DNA of 64,000 nucleotides from Vulcanimicrobiota bacterium. Lineage in GTDB: Bacteria > Vulcanimicrobiota > Vulcanimicrobiia > Vulcanimicrobiales > Vulcanimicrobiaceae. Under the pieces are notes generated by a model. It worked only from the letters and a program-made list of their open reading frames with translations. It searched no databases and was not told where the DNA came from. Positions 39,432 to 50,001 of the stretch are shown in pieces. Each line of letters begins with the position of its first letter. Within the stretch, counting starts at the first letter, position 1. The stretch lies in the NCBI GenBank assembly GCA_963795855.1, contig CAWCIZ010000006.1:64001-128000 (forward strand), given 5' to 3'. The translations under genes and the position numbers were made by a program.

Positions 39432-40161
39432 CGCATTCTGGTGGCTCCCGACCGTCGGTTTCGTTGCCGGGGCCCTCTTGATTTTTTTCGTGCTGATGGC
39501 CGTGCTCGCCGTAGGATGGGGCGCCTGGCAGCATCTCGATCTCTATGCGACGGCGCGCGCCGTCGCGGGACCGCCGGGCGTAGCGATTCAGTCGATTGCC
39601 GAAATCGTCATCGTCGTATACATCGTGCTGCTGCTGCCGCCGGTGTCCAAGACGTCGCTCTCCGGGATTGGCTTCCGCAAGATCTCCGGCGCGCAACTCG
39701 GCGCTATCGCGATCGCCGCGATTGCGATGTTCTTGGTGGTGACGCCGCTTGCGAGCATTCTCGAAACCGTTCTTCACTTCAAGACCCCCGAACAAGCGAT
39801 CGCAATGTTCACGCGAACCGGCGGTTGGGCGAAAATAGCGTTCGCATTCTTCGGCATCGTCGTCGCGCCCGCGTTCGAAGAAGCGGTCTTCCGGCTCGTG
39901 CTTTTCAACGCGATGCGTCGATGGTGGGGATTTTGGCCGGGGGCAATCGTCAGTTCGGCACTCTTCGGTCTCGCGCACGCGCAGCCGCCGGTCACGCCCG
40001 CAATGTTCGCATGCATCAGCTTCCCGCTGGCCGTGGGCGGCATCATTCTCTGCATGGTCTACGCGAAGACGAACAACGCCTGGGCCAGCATGATAACGCA
40101 CGGAGCCTTCAACGCGTTTTCGCTCATTCTGCTGCTCCTGTTTCCGCAGTTGGCAAAATGA
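39373..40161 (+). CDS. CPBP (CAAX/Abi) family intramembrane glutamic protease (start uncertain)
   Basis: APAFEEAVFR, FGLAH, HGAFN motifs in a multi-TM protein. Confidence 0.9.
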   Translation: MENNSRSQILQDSRIVFPPDAFWWLPTVGFVAGALLIFFVLMAVLAVGWGAWQHLDLYATARAVAGPPGVAIQSIAEIVIVVYIVLLLPPVSKTSLSGIGFRKISGAQLGAIAIAAIAMFLVVTPLASILETVLHFKTPEQAIAMFTRTGGWAKIAFAFFGIVVAPAFEEAVFRLVLFNAMRRWWGFWPGAIVSSALFGLAHAQPPVTPAMFACISFPLAVGGIILCMVYAKTNNAWASMITHGAFNAFSLILLLLFPQLAK

Positions 40162-41145
40162 ATCTCGGGGTTGACGCGTTCAACCTCGAAACCGACCGTC
40201 GCGGCATGGGCCGCGTAGTACGCCTGACGCTCGAACGCCTCGAACGCATGGACGGCGTGAACGTCGTACGAATTTTCCGAACGCGTAAACGGGGCGGCGT
40301 CACGCCGCGCGATCTTTCCCGCTTGAAAATGGATGCGGTCTGGTATCCCTGGAACGGGATGCGGTTTGCGCCGCACGGGCCCGCGATCGTCACCGTGCAC
40401 GATCCGTTTGCGTTCACGTACCCGCACTCCAATCCGGTCGCGCGTTGGCGCGAACAAGCGCCGATCCGCCGCGCACTGCGCCGGGCCGATCGCATTTTCG
40501 CCGTCTCACATTGGACTGCGGAACGGATACGGCAGATGTTCGCCATCGCCGGCGAGAGGCTGCGCGTCGTGCATCCCGCATCGGATCCGTTTTGGCAGCC
40601 TGTCGAAACGCGCGGCGGCGACCCGTACGTGTTGTTCGTTGCGGGGCCGGATGCGCGGAAAAACGCCGCGCTCTTTTTCGACGCTTACGAGAACGCGTTC
40701 TCCGGCGGCGGACCGCAACTGGTCGTGGCCGGAACGCTGAGCGGCGCGGATGAAGCGCGTTTCGCGACGCTGCGCGTGAATGGCCGCCGCACCGCGCCAT
40801 CCGACGAGAGAGCTGCGCGAACTTTACTCGGGCGCGCTTGCGGTCGCCGTACCGTCGCTGGCGGAGGGTTTTGGACTGCCGGTCGTGGAGGCCATGGCGT
40901 GCGGCGCGCCGGTACTCGCTTCAGACGCGGGCGGGCTTCCGGAAGCTGCGGACGGCGCGGCGTTGCTGCTCTCCCCGAACGATGCGCGCGCGTGGAGCGA
41001 CGCGCTGCGCGCGCTCGTGACCGATTACGCCAAGCGCGAAGTGCTTCGCGAACGCGGGTTCGCACGCGTGCGGCGGATGGACGCGAATGCGCCCGCTACC
41101 GCGCTGATCGAGTCTGTTCGACGATTCTACGAAACGCGGCAATGA
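40158..41145 (+). CDS. Glycosyltransferase family 4 (frameshift near 40808)
   Basis: VTVHD, AVSHWT, RKN, then shifted frame PSLAEGFGLPVVEAMACGAPV. Confidence 0.88.
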
Positions 41146-42175
41146 ACCGATCCGGCGCGAATGTCTGCGCATGTTCGCGCAAGCGGGCCGGTTCGTAGCG
41201 CCGCTCGTCGAACGCGCGAAGCGCCGCCGCGAGCGACTCCGGCGAAGCATCGTCGAAAAACTCTCCGGTAACGCCCTCGAGGATCGTTTCGAGCGCGCCG
41301 CCGGAGCGATACGCAATCGTTGGACGTGCGCACGCTGCCGCCTCGAGTGGAACGAGCCCGTAATCTTCTTCACCCGGTACAATCGCAGCGCGCGCGTTAC
41401 CGAGCAAAACGTTCATGCGTTCGTCGCTTACGAAGCCCAGCATCGTCGTGGTCGTCCCGCGCGCGAGTTCGCGAAGCGGCTTCTCTGCGGGACCTGCCCC
41501 GGCTACGAGAAGCGGAACCCGCGCAATTTGCGCCGCGCGAATCGCGAGATCGATCCGCTTGTACGGCAGCAGACGTGACGCAATCGCGAAGTAATCGCCG
41601 CGCGCCTGGCCCGGGCTGAACCGATCGATGTCCACCGGCGCATGCAGCACGATCGCGTCGCGGCCGTAGTAGCGGCGTATTCGTTCGGCAGCGTTCCGCG
41701 AACTAGCGACGAACTGCGTGGGCCGCAGCGCCGCGCGCTTGTCCCAATCGACTAATCGGCGCACGACCGGCCTCGTCGCCAGCGCCGTCGCTTTGCGCCC
41801 CACATACGAGTCGTATGCGAACGCAAAGCGGCTGACCGTATGCGTGTAACACACATGCACGGCGCCGGGCGGTACGATGACACCCTTGGCCCATGCCGTG
41901 GTCGAACTAACGATCGTGTCGTAAGCGGAGAGATCGAATCGCTCGAACGCGGCCGGGTATAGAGGCGCCAAATAGCGGAAATAGCGGTTTGCGCCCGGCA
42001 GTTTGGCGAGAAACGACGCCCGAACCCGCGCGCTTTCCACGAGGTCGCCCGTCTGCTTGCGATCGTACAATGCGGTGTAGACCGGCGCGTCGGGATATGC
42101 GCGTGCGAGATGCGCGAAAACACGCTCGGCGCCGCCGCGCTGATTCAAGTAGTCATGGACGAGCGCGACGTTCAA
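41096..42175 (-). CDS. Glycosyltransferase family 4
   Basis: VALVHDYLNQRGGAERV, SRLLPYKRIDL, EEDYGLVPLEA. Confidence 0.93.
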   Translation of the reverse strand: MNVALVHDYLNQRGGAERVFAHLARAYPDAPVYTALYDRKQTGDLVESARVRASFLAKLPGANRYFRYLAPLYPAAFERFDLSAYDTIVSSTTAWAKGVIVPPGAVHVCYTHTVSRFAFAYDSYVGRKATALATRPVVRRLVDWDKRAALRPTQFVASSRNAAERIRRYYGRDAIVLHAPVDIDRFSPGQARGDYFAIASRLLPYKRIDLAIRAAQIARVPLLVAGAGPAEKPLRELARGTTTTMLGFVSDERMNVLLGNARAAIVPGEEDYGLVPLEAAACARPTIAYRSGGALETILEGVTGEFFDDASPESLAAALRAFDERRYEPARLREHAQTFAPDRFIAAFRRIVEQTRSAR

Positions 42176-42179
42176 CAGG

Positions 42180-43467
42180 CTATGGAGTGGGAGTCTGAAC
42201 GCTCTGCTGCGAACGCGGCAGCACGAGCGCGATGATCGGCGCGCTCAGATAGCGCGACGCGACGCGCTGCAGATCGGCGGCGCTCGTGCCGTTGATGTCC
42301 GCGAGCGCGCGCGTGAAGTAATCGCCGGTTCCGCCGCGCGAGGCGTACACCGCTGCGAACCATGCGCGGTCCTGAAGCGTGACGGTATCTTCGAGCAGCC
42401 GGCCCGCGGCGTAGCTCTTCATATCGCTCATGTCGCCGCCGAGTTTCGCGTGGCCCAATACGTTCACGACCGTGAGTGCGGTGGCAAACGTGCGCGTCGG
42501 ATCGCCCAAACCGCCGTCGACGTAGATAACGACGTTCGCGGGGCGCGCGTCGAAATTATAGTAGGCGCCGACGCCGCGCTGGGATGAGGACCGCGTCGCG
42601 ATCGCGGGTACTTCGGAAACGTCCGCGAGCGTTCGCTGCATGAATGCCGTGAGAATGAGCATCGCCCCGAAGTCTTTGCTCTGCAAATCCGGAGCGGGAT
42701 ACTGCGCAACCAGCCACGGTACGGGCACGTCGCGTCGCGCGAGCAGTTCGCGCGTGGTGGAACCGGCCGGCGCAGCGCTGACTTGTGCGGCCGGAGAGAC
42801 GCCTTGCGGCAAACCGTCGACCAGACTCGTAAACGCACCGTTCGAAACGCTGCCGACGTTTCCGACGGCGCTTACGACCGCATCACCGCTCCTGTAATGC
42901 TCGGCGTAGAACGCGCGCGCGTCCGCCGCGCTCAAACTCGCCAGCGTGGCGGGTAAACCGTACGGCGGCATTCCGGCAGAATCGGGATAGAATGCGCGAT
43001 TGAGCATATCGATGCCCACCGTCAGCGGCGCGCGTTCCGACTGCGAGATTTTCGCGGCGAGTGCGGCGCGCGCGGCGCGCACGGTCGTCACGCTGAAGTC
43101 CGGTTTCGCTAGTGCGGATCGGAAAAGCGAAAGAAGCGTCGGGTACGAACCGCCTAGCCCTTCCAGATAGAAGCGTACGTTTCGCGCATCGACCGAATAC
43201 GTAATCGATCCGCCGTGCGCCGCGATCGCTGCTTGCAGCGGCGTCCCGCCTTCCACAGGCGTGCGTAAAATCGATTCGGCCACGAGCGCGGCCAGCCCAT
43301 TCTGCCGCGACGTCTGCCGATCCAGACCGCCCTGCAGCAGAAGTTCCGTTCCGACGAGTTGAGCCGTCGCGTCGGGCTGCTGGACCACGAGCGGTCCCGC
43401 GCCGCGCGCGGGGCTCGCGGCCAAAAGCAGCGTGGCGAGCAAGAGCACCGGCGTGCCGCAGGTTCAT
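42180..43467 (-). CDS. Exported M16 peptidase-like protein, non-catalytic type (start ATG 43467 with an indel, or GTG 43448)
   Basis: GLAALVAESIL, GGSIT, LASLSAADARAFY..HY, AVVSAVGN, SAADLQRVASRYL. No HxxEH. Confidence 0.75.
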
Positions 43468-44783
43468 GCCGTGGTTCCCTTCTGATCGGTGGAGATCAGT
43501 TGCACGATGGCCGGATGCTGCAAGTACGTGCGCGCCATCTGCGCGATGAAGCCGGGATCCAGCGATTCGAGCGCTTTCAGGTACTCGCCGGAGGAAGAAC
43601 CCGGCGCGTATTGCGCGTTGCCTTCAGCGGCATACCACCCGAAGTTGTCTGCTCGTGACATCGGCGTCTGCGTCTGGCTGAAAATGTGATATTCGAATGC
43701 GGTACGCGCCGCTTCGAAGGTTTTCGAATCCATCGGCTTCTGCATCGCTTCGACCGCGTCGTCGACCTGCGCGCGCAATGCTGCGGAGTTCACGCCGGAA
43801 ATCGTCAGCAGCAATACGCCGGGATTGTGCAGCGTGATGAATTGTCCGTTCACGAACGCGTTCCGGTTCGACTTCTGCACCGAACGTGCGAACGTTCCAT
43901 GTTCGTTGTCGAAAAGATAATCGGCCAAAAAATCCAGCGCGGTGGCGGCTTTCATGTCCGCGATCGGCGGCCCGGCCCACGCGAAACCCAGGCCTGACAC
44001 GTACGCGTTTTTCGCGGACGCCGCCGGCATTGCGGCGAGCGCCGAATCGAAGGGCGGATCCATCGGTGCGCCCGCAGCCGCGCCGCGCACGTCGGAGAGC
44101 AGTTGGCCGTTCACGGCGCCGGCGAGCGAAAGCACCGCGTTGTTCTGCCGGAACGATCGCGTCGCGAAAGTCTTGAGCGTGTCCTCGGGAATTTTCGTGA
44201 AATCGGACGCGGCGCTCGGCGTAGGCGCATAGTGCGCCGGACCGGACGTGAAGAGCTGCGCCAGCAGCGAGTCTTGCAAAATGCGTTCCGGATCGAACCG
44301 CGTCTCCGCCGCGGCGACGGCGCAGTCGCGCAACGCGGCTTTGAGCCCATCGGCGGATATCGACGGCGAAAAATACGCCGAAGTCAGTGCGCGCAACGTT
44401 TGCGCCGCATCCCAGGACGGGACGCTGACGCCCACCATCGCGATGTCCGGATACACGCTGATGCTGAGCGTTCCGCCGAACCGGTTCACGAGCTCGCTCA
44501 GGGAGCTGGCGTGCTCGGCGTGAGACGCGGCGACGGCGGTAATCGCCAAACGCGCGATACCGGGGTACGCGCCGTTCGTCCCCGCCGCAGGCGCGCGAAA
44601 CCACAGTTCCATTGCGCTGCTGCGCGCGAGTTCGTCGCGACGCAGCACGTACGCGCCGCCGCCCGGCATACTGCCCGCGCTTTCGAATTGCGGAGCCTGC
44701 GCCGCAGCGTTTGGAGCGTGAAACGCAAACAGCGACATGCTCAGGCACATCGCTGCTGCTGCACGAACGAGGCCGTGCGTCAC
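43464..44783 (-). CDS. Exported M16 peptidase-like protein lacking HxxEH
   Basis: ELWFRA, PGIARLAITA (site of the usual G.AHxxEH), FGGTL, NAVLSLAGAV, ARTYL. GTG overlaps the ftsH stop. Confidence 0.75.
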   Translation of the reverse strand: MTHGLVRAAAAMCLSMSLFAFHAPNAAAQAPQFESAGSMPGGGAYVLRRDELARSSAMELWFRAPAAGTNGAYPGIARLAITAVAASHAEHASSLSELVNRFGGTLSISVYPDIAMVGVSVPSWDAAQTLRALTSAYFSPSISADGLKAALRDCAVAAAETRFDPERILQDSLLAQLFTSGPAHYAPTPSAASDFTKIPEDTLKTFATRSFRQNNAVLSLAGAVNGQLLSDVRGAAAGAPMDPPFDSALAAMPAASAKNAYVSGLGFAWAGPPIADMKAATALDFLADYLFDNEHGTFARSVQKSNRNAFVNGQFITLHNPGVLLLTISGVNSAALRAQVDDAVEAMQKPMDSKTFEAARTAFEYHIFSQTQTPMSRADNFGWYAAEGNAQYAPGSSSGEYLKALESLDPGFIAQMARTYLQHPAIVQLISTDQKGTTA

Positions 44784-46696
44784 GCCGGTTCCGGCGAAAT
44801 ATTCGGCGGCAGACGCTTGGGCTGTTCCACGCGCGGTTTTCCTTCTTCGACCACCGCAGGTGCGGGCGGCTCCGCCGCTTGCGGCGTCCCTCCGCCGCGA
44901 TTGTACGGACGCCCTTCGAGGATCGCTTTGACTTCGTCGGCTTCCACGGTTTCGTACTCGAGAAGCGACGCGACCATGCGCTCTACTTTGTCCCAGTTCT
45001 CGCCGAGCAGCTTGCGCCCGCGATCGTAGCAGCCCTCGATGATGCGGCGCACTTCGGCGTCGATCTTCGAGGCGATTTCCTCGGAGTAATTGCGCTCCTC
45101 GCCGAGATCGCGGCCGAGGAATACCTGATGGTTGCCGCGTCCGTACTGTATCGGCCCCAGCGTGTCGGACATGCCGTACTGGGTGACCATGCGGCGCGCG
45201 AGTTCGGTTGCTTTCTCGAAGTCGTTGCTGGCTCCGGTCGTCACGTCTTTGAACTTGATCTCTTCCGCGAGGCGTCCGCCGAGCGCGCGCGTAATCGTCG
45301 CGAGCAGCTCTTCTTTGGTCTGACTGTGGCGATCGTCTTCGGGAAGCGACCACGTAATGCCCAGCGCCATGCCGCGCGGAATGATCGTCACCTTATGGAT
45401 CGGATCGCCCTTGTCGGTAAGGCCGCCGATGATCGCGTGCCCGGACTCGTGATACGCAGTGATTTCTTTCTCTTTTTGCGACATGACGATCGATTTGCGC
45501 TCCGGTCCTACCATGACGCGATCGATCGCTTCGTCGCAATCGTTCATCTCGATCACGGTTTTATTGCGCCGAGCTGCCAGGAGGGCAGCTTCGTTGAGCA
45601 AGTTCTCGAGATCGGCGCCCGAGAATCCGGGTGTGCGCTTTGCAAGGATCTCCAACTTGACTTCCTTGCTGAGCGGTTTGTTGCGGGCGTGCACTTCCAG
45701 AATCTTCTGGCGGCCTTTGACGTCGGCGCGATCGACGACGATCTGCCGGTCGAAGCGCCCCGGACGCAGCAGCGCCGGATCGAGCACGTCCGGACGGTTC
45801 GTCGCGGCTATGAGAATGACGCCGGTATTTTGATCGAATCCGTCCATCTCCACGAGCAATTGGTTGAGGGTTTGCTCGCGCTCGTCGTGACCGCCGCCCA
45901 GGCCCGCACCGCGCTGGCGGCCGACGGCGTCGATTTCGTCGATGAACACGATACAGGGTGCCGACTTCTTCGCCTGATCGAACAGGTCGCGCACGCGAGA
46001 CGCGCCCACGCCGACGAACATCTCGACGAAGTCCGAACCCGAGATTGAAAAGAACGGCACGCCGGCCTCGCCCGCGATCGCTCGCGCGAGCAGCGTTTTG
46101 CCGGAACCCGGCGGCCCGAGCAGCAGCACGCCTTTGGGAATGCGTGCGCCGAGCGCCTGAAATTTCTTTGGATACTTCAAGAACTCGACGATCTCGCCGA
46201 GCTCCTCTTTTGCCTCGTCGACGCCGGCGACGTCGTTGAACGTCACCTTGGGGCGATTCTCCGAAAGCATCTTTGCGCGCGAACGACCGAACGACAAGGC
46301 TTGGCTTCCTCCGTTCTGCGCCTGCCTCAAGATGATAAAGAGGAAGAGCGCTAATACGATGAACGGCAGGAATCCGACGATGGACGTCACGAGCGAAGCG
46401 TTTTGCGGAGGATCCCACGTCACGCCGCCTTTGACGTGCTGGCGCACGATCTCCGTGAAGGCGAAGTCGCGGTTGGGGATCGTCGTGGTGTAGTGGTTGC
46501 CGCTGACCAGATCGCCGCTGACGTCGAATCCGGTCGCATGGAACGTCTGGATTTGATTGCGCTCGAGCTTCTGGTAGAAGGCCGAGTAGTCCAGGCGTGT
46601 GCTGTCGGCAGTGGGCAGCACCAATCGCTGCACGATGAAGAACACCGCCACGCACGCGATGATGATGAGGACGATACCCCGAAGATGCTTGCTCAC
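44780..46696 (-). CDS. ftsH: ATP-dependent zinc metalloprotease FtsH
   Basis: Two TMs, [42 protein letters not shown]. Confidence 0.99.
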   Translation of the reverse strand: MSKHLRGIVLIIIACVAVFFIVQRLVLPTADSTRLDYSAFYQKLERNQIQTFHATGFDVSGDLVSGNHYTTTIPNRDFAFTEIVRQHVKGGVTWDPPQNASLVTSIVGFLPFIVLALFLFIILRQAQNGGSQALSFGRSRAKMLSENRPKVTFNDVAGVDEAKEELGEIVEFLKYPKKFQALGARIPKGVLLLGPPGSGKTLLARAIAGEAGVPFFSISGSDFVEMFVGVGASRVRDLFDQAKKSAPCIVFIDEIDAVGRQRGAGLGGGHDEREQTLNQLLVEMDGFDQNTGVILIAATNRPDVLDPALLRPGRFDRQIVVDRADVKGRQKILEVHARNKPLSKEVKLEILAKRTPGFSGADLENLLNEAALLAARRNKTVIEMNDCDEAIDRVMVGPERKSIVMSQKEKEITAYHESGHAIIGGLTDKGDPIHKVTIIPRGMALGITWSLPEDDRHSQTKEELLATITRALGGRLAEEIKFKDVTTGASNDFEKATELARRMVTQYGMSDTLGPIQYGRGNHQVFLGRDLGEERNYSEEIASKIDAEVRRIIEGCYDRGRKLLGENWDKVERMVASLLEYETVEADEVKAILEGRPYNRGGGTPQAAEPPAPAVVEEGKPRVEQPKRLPPNISPEPA

Positions 46697-46711
46697 GACT
46701 TTACATTAACC

Positions 46712-47302
46712 TTACTCTGAAAATACCCACGAACGGAGCTGCGCAAGGTATGGGAGATTGCGGTAGCTTTCCCGGTAATCCAACCCGTACCCTACGACGA
46801 ACTCATCGGGTGAGACCAGGCCCACATAATCCATCGGTACGTCGACGCGCCGATTGTACGGTTTGTCGAAAAGTACGCAGGTTTTGAGGGTCGCGGGTCC
46901 CCGCCCACTGAGCAACGACCGAAGGTACTGCAGCGTGAGGCCGTTGTCGATAATATCCTCGACGACGAGCACGTGCTTTCCGGCGATATTCTGGTCCGCG
47001 TCCTTGAGCAAGCGGACCTCGCCGCTCGAGCGCGTCGAATTCCCGTAACTCGAGACGACCAAAAAATCCAGTTCGACTTCACTGGGCCCGCCCGGAACGC
47101 GCGAGAGCGCGCGTACCAAGTCGACGGTCACGTACAGCGCTCCCTTTAACACCCCGAGCACCAGCAGGGGTTTCCCCGCGAAATCGCGCGCAATCTCGCC
47201 CGCTAACCGAGTCAGCGCGGCTTGAATTTCCGCTTCGGAAAAAAGAGTGCGCTCGATTGTATCCTCGTACGGCCGCTGCGGCCCGACTTGGGCGGCGCCC
47301 AC
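46712..47302 (-). CDS. hpt: Hypoxanthine phosphoribosyltransferase
   Basis: GVLKGA, VSSYG, VLVVEDIIDNGLTL, FVVGYGLDY..YRNLPY. Confidence 0.96.
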   Translation of the reverse strand: MGAAQVGPQRPYEDTIERTLFSEAEIQAALTRLAGEIARDFAGKPLLVLGVLKGALYVTVDLVRALSRVPGGPSEVELDFLVVSSYGNSTRSSGEVRLLKDADQNIAGKHVLVVEDIIDNGLTLQYLRSLLSGRGPATLKTCVLFDKPYNRRVDVPMDYVGLVSPDEFVVGYGLDYRESYRNLPYLAQLRSWVFSE

Positions 47303-47336
47303 TATGCCGGGCCTCCGCGGTTCGAGGCGCTTTTGA

Positions 47337-48227
47337 TCATCTCGCTTTTCGATGTACCGTCAACTCCCCGTTCTCAATCGTCACTTCGACGCCGCCGCCC
47401 ATTGCGAAGCGTCCGCTTGCACCCCGCTCGAGTGCTCGCACGGCCGCCTCGACGTGGTCGAAATCGACGCCGCGAAGCGCCTGGTGCTCCCGCAGCGTCT
47501 CGCGCACCTGCTGCCGGCGGGCAGCGTGCGGCGCTCCGCTCAATTCGTCCGAGACCACGTGTGCGGCACGCGCAACCGCCGCATCGAGACCCGGGAAGAG
47601 CGGCCGGAGAGCAGCGAGCGCTTCCCGCACGGCATTGCGCCTGTAAGCCGGATCGGCGTTCGTCGGATCGATGCTATACGGCAATCCTGAGTTTTGCACG
47701 TGCTCGCGAATCTCGCGCCGCGGAAATCGCATCAGCGGCCGTGCCAGCTCGACGCCGTCGGCCAGCTCCCGACGCGCCGGCATGCCCGACAAGCCTTGCG
47801 CGCCGGTGCCCCGGAAAAGCGCCAACAGCACCGTTTCGGTCTGGTCTTCGGCGTTGTGTCCGGTGACGACGACGTTCGCGCCGAAGTCGCGAGCCGTGCG
47901 CGCGAGCGCTTCGTACCGAGCTTCGCGAAGCGTCGCTTCATCGCGGCTTTCCGGCTTCAGTGCGATGGTTCGCATGGGTATGCCTAGCGCAGCACTCGCG
48001 CGCAGCACGACCGCCTCGTCTTGCCACGCGGAAGCTCGAACGCCGTGATTGACATGCGCGATCGTCAAGTGCAATTCCAGCGGTCTTGCGATCGCCGCAA
48101 GAATTGCGGCGGCGCCGATGCTGTCGGATCCGCCGCTGCATGCCACCAGAACCCGTTCGCCTTTTCGGACGACGCCCTCGCGTTCCACGGCGTGTTCGAT
48201 CGCGCGCTCCGGCCGCGTGCCACGCAC
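47337..48227 (-). CDS. tilS: tRNA(Ile)-lysidine synthetase (short form)
   Basis: VACSGGSDS, HVNHGVR, REARY, GHNAEDQTET, RPL, DPTN...Y.RN.VR. tilS-hpt-ftsH order. Confidence 0.95.
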   Translation of the reverse strand: MRGTRPERAIEHAVEREGVVRKGERVLVACSGGSDSIGAAAILAAIARPLELHLTIAHVNHGVRASAWQDEAVVLRASAALGIPMRTIALKPESRDEATLREARYEALARTARDFGANVVVTGHNAEDQTETVLLALFRGTGAQGLSGMPARRELADGVELARPLMRFPRREIREHVQNSGLPYSIDPTNADPAYRRNAVREALAALRPLFPGLDAAVARAAHVVSDELSGAPHAARRQQVRETLREHQALRGVDFDHVEAAVRALERGASGRFAMGGGVEVTIENGELTVHRKAR

Positions 48228-48235
48228 CGACGTCG

Positions 48236-48724
48236 TTACCGGCGAGCCAGTTCGCGCTCGACGTCGCGCTTGGCCACCGCCTCGCGCTTGTCCCAAAGTT
48301 TCTTGCCCTTCGCCAAACCGATCTCGACTTTCACTTTTCCGCGCGTGAAGTACAGCCGCAACGGCACGATCGTGAGACCTTTTTCGGCCGCGCGGCTGCC
48401 CAAACGCGCGATCTGCTCTTTGTGCATCAGCAGTTTGCGCGGGCGGTTCGGCTCGACGTTGGAAAAACTGCCCTGCTTGTACGGGGGAACGTGCATGCCG
48501 AGCAGCCACAGTTCGCCGTCGCGCACGCGCGCGTACGCTTCGTTCAAGCTGATTCCACCCTGCCGGATGGATTTAATCTCGGTGCCGGTCAGCGCGATGC
48601 CGGCTTCCATCGATTCCAGAATGTGAAATTCGTGACGCGCACGGCGGTTGTCCACTGCGGGCGATGTGTTGCGACGCGCTTCTTCGGTTTTAGCGGCTTT
48701 GCGCTCGACTTTGCTTTTTCCCAT
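48236..48724 (-). CDS. smpB: SsrA-binding protein SmpB
   Basis: NRRARHEF, EAGIALTGTEIKSIR, RKLLMHK, GLAKGKKLWDKR. Confidence 0.98.
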   Translation of the reverse strand: MGKSKVERKAAKTEEARRNTSPAVDNRRARHEFHILESMEAGIALTGTEIKSIRQGGISLNEAYARVRDGELWLLGMHVPPYKQGSFSNVEPNRPRKLLMHKEQIARLGSRAAEKGLTIVPLRLYFTRGKVKVEIGLAKGKKLWDKREAVAKRDVERELARR

Positions 48725-48725
48725 T

Positions 48726-49214
48726 TTAAAGGCGCTGCGGCCTAGCCTCCGCGCCCCCCTCTGCGCCCGAGGGCGCCGCTTTAGGATTTCTTCTGTCTGC
48801 AACATCCTCTATGCGGCCCTGCGACACGAAGCGGCCTTCCGCTTCAACTAAAACCGTGCCGCCTTCATCGCTGACGCTTGCGTGCAGCTCCAGCACGTTT
48901 CGCCGCATCCACTTCACGCGTCCGCGCACGTCGAGCGGCGTCGCCAGTGGCACGGGTTTGCGAAAGCGCGCGTTCATGCTTGCCGTCACGCCGCGATAAC
49001 CCGCGGCGCCGGCCGCGTGCGCCATCGCTTCATCGAGCAGCGCGAGTGCAACTCCGCCGTGCGCGATTCCTTGCCAGCCTTGAAACTCTGCACGCAGCAC
49101 GGTGCGCGCGCGCACGCCGTCATCGCCTTGCCGCTCGAATTGCAGGCGCAGACCGATTTCGTTTTCGGGTCCGCACGCGAAGCAGCGGCCGTCGTCGATA
49201 GGCGTAGCGGTCAC
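48726..49214 (-). CDS. PaaI family thioesterase (hotdog fold)
   Basis: CFACGPEN..GL.L, QGWQGIAHGG...LLDEAM, VTASM...FRKPVP. Confidence 0.92.
   Translation of the reverse strand: MTATPIDDGRCFACGPENEIGLRLQFERQGDDGVRARTVLRAEFQGWQGIAHGGVALALLDEAMAHAAGAAGYRGVTASMNARFRKPVPLATPLDVRGRVKWMRRNVLELHASVSDEGGTVLVEAEGRFVSQGRIEDVADRRNPKAAPSGAEGGAEARPQRL
48728..48780. repeat. GC-rich palindromic repeat, copy 1
   Basis: AAAGGCGCTgCGGCCTAGCCTcCGCGCCC...GCGCCCGAGGGCGCCGC, near-identical to 49223-49262. Confidence 0.7.
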
Positions 49215-49222
49215 CGGTTTGA

Positions 49223-49262
49223 AAAGGCGCTCCGGCCTAGCCTGCGCGCCCGAGGGCGCCGC
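49223..49262. repeat. GC-rich palindromic repeat, copy 2
   Basis: AAAGGCGCTcCGGCCTAGCCTgCGCGCCCGAGGGCGCCGC in the intergenic gap. Confidence 0.7.
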
Positions 49263-49275
49263 AAATCTTCGTACA

Positions 49276-50001
49276 TCATCTGCCTACGTCCAGGCGGGCC
49301 GCTAACGCGTGCGGAAGCTCGGCGTCGACGATCTTTTGCTGCACCTGCGCAATGGGATAGTCGTAGCGCACCCACTCCACCGTGCGTTCTTCGTCGTCGA
49401 AGAACGCGAAGCACGCCTGGGGATTCAGATCGCGCGGCTGTCCGACGCTTCCGACGTCGATGATGTACCGCACCCCCGGCTGCAGCACGATCTTGCCGCC
49501 GTGCTGCATGTGCTCGTGCGATATGCTGCCGTCGTGTTCGAGCGCATAGTATTCGGCTATGTGCGTGTGCCCGATGAAGATAAGCGGCGCGTCCGTGCGT
49601 TCGAACGCCGCCTTCGCGTGGCGTTTGTCGAGCAGATACTCGAAGTAGTGGACGGGCGCGCCGTGCACCATTAAAAAGCCGGGCTGGCGGATCTCGTAGC
49701 TCAATCCGTTGAGCCAAGCGATGTTGTCCGCTTCGATGACCGTTTGCGTCCATTCGATTGCGCGGCGCGCGGCAGCGTTGAAATACTCGACTCCGAAATT
49801 GTCGACGGCGGCGACGTCGTGATTTCCGAGCACCGTCTCGGCCGCGCGTTCGCGAATCATCCGCACGCACTCGTTCGGGTTCGGCCCGTATCCGACGATG
49901 TCGCCCAGGCAAAGCACGCGATCGTCCGGCCGAGTCAGCGAGAGCGCGCGCTGCAGCGATTCCTCGTTGCCGTGGATGTCCGACACGACGGCGTATCTCA
50001 C
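49276..50001 (-). CDS. Calcineurin-like metallophosphoesterase
   Basis: SDIHGN, LGDIVGYGP, GNHD, VHG, GHTH, GSVGQPRD. Confidence 0.93.
   Translation of the reverse strand: MRYAVVSDIHGNEESLQRALSLTRPDDRVLCLGDIVGYGPNPNECVRMIRERAAETVLGNHDVAAVDNFGVEYFNAAARRAIEWTQTVIEADNIAWLNGLSYEIRQPGFLMVHGAPVHYFEYLLDKRHAKAAFERTDAPLIFIGHTHIAEYYALEHDGSISHEHMQHGGKIVLQPGVRYIIDVGSVGQPRDLNPQACFAFFDDEERTVEWVRYDYPIAQVQQKIVDAELPHALAARLDVGR

Noticed and set aside
48236..48805. tmRNA next to smpB, and an N-terminally extended SmpB
   Set aside because: No tRNA-like GGGG...CCACCA ends are nearby. The extension is the repeat element and thioesterase tail read in another frame.
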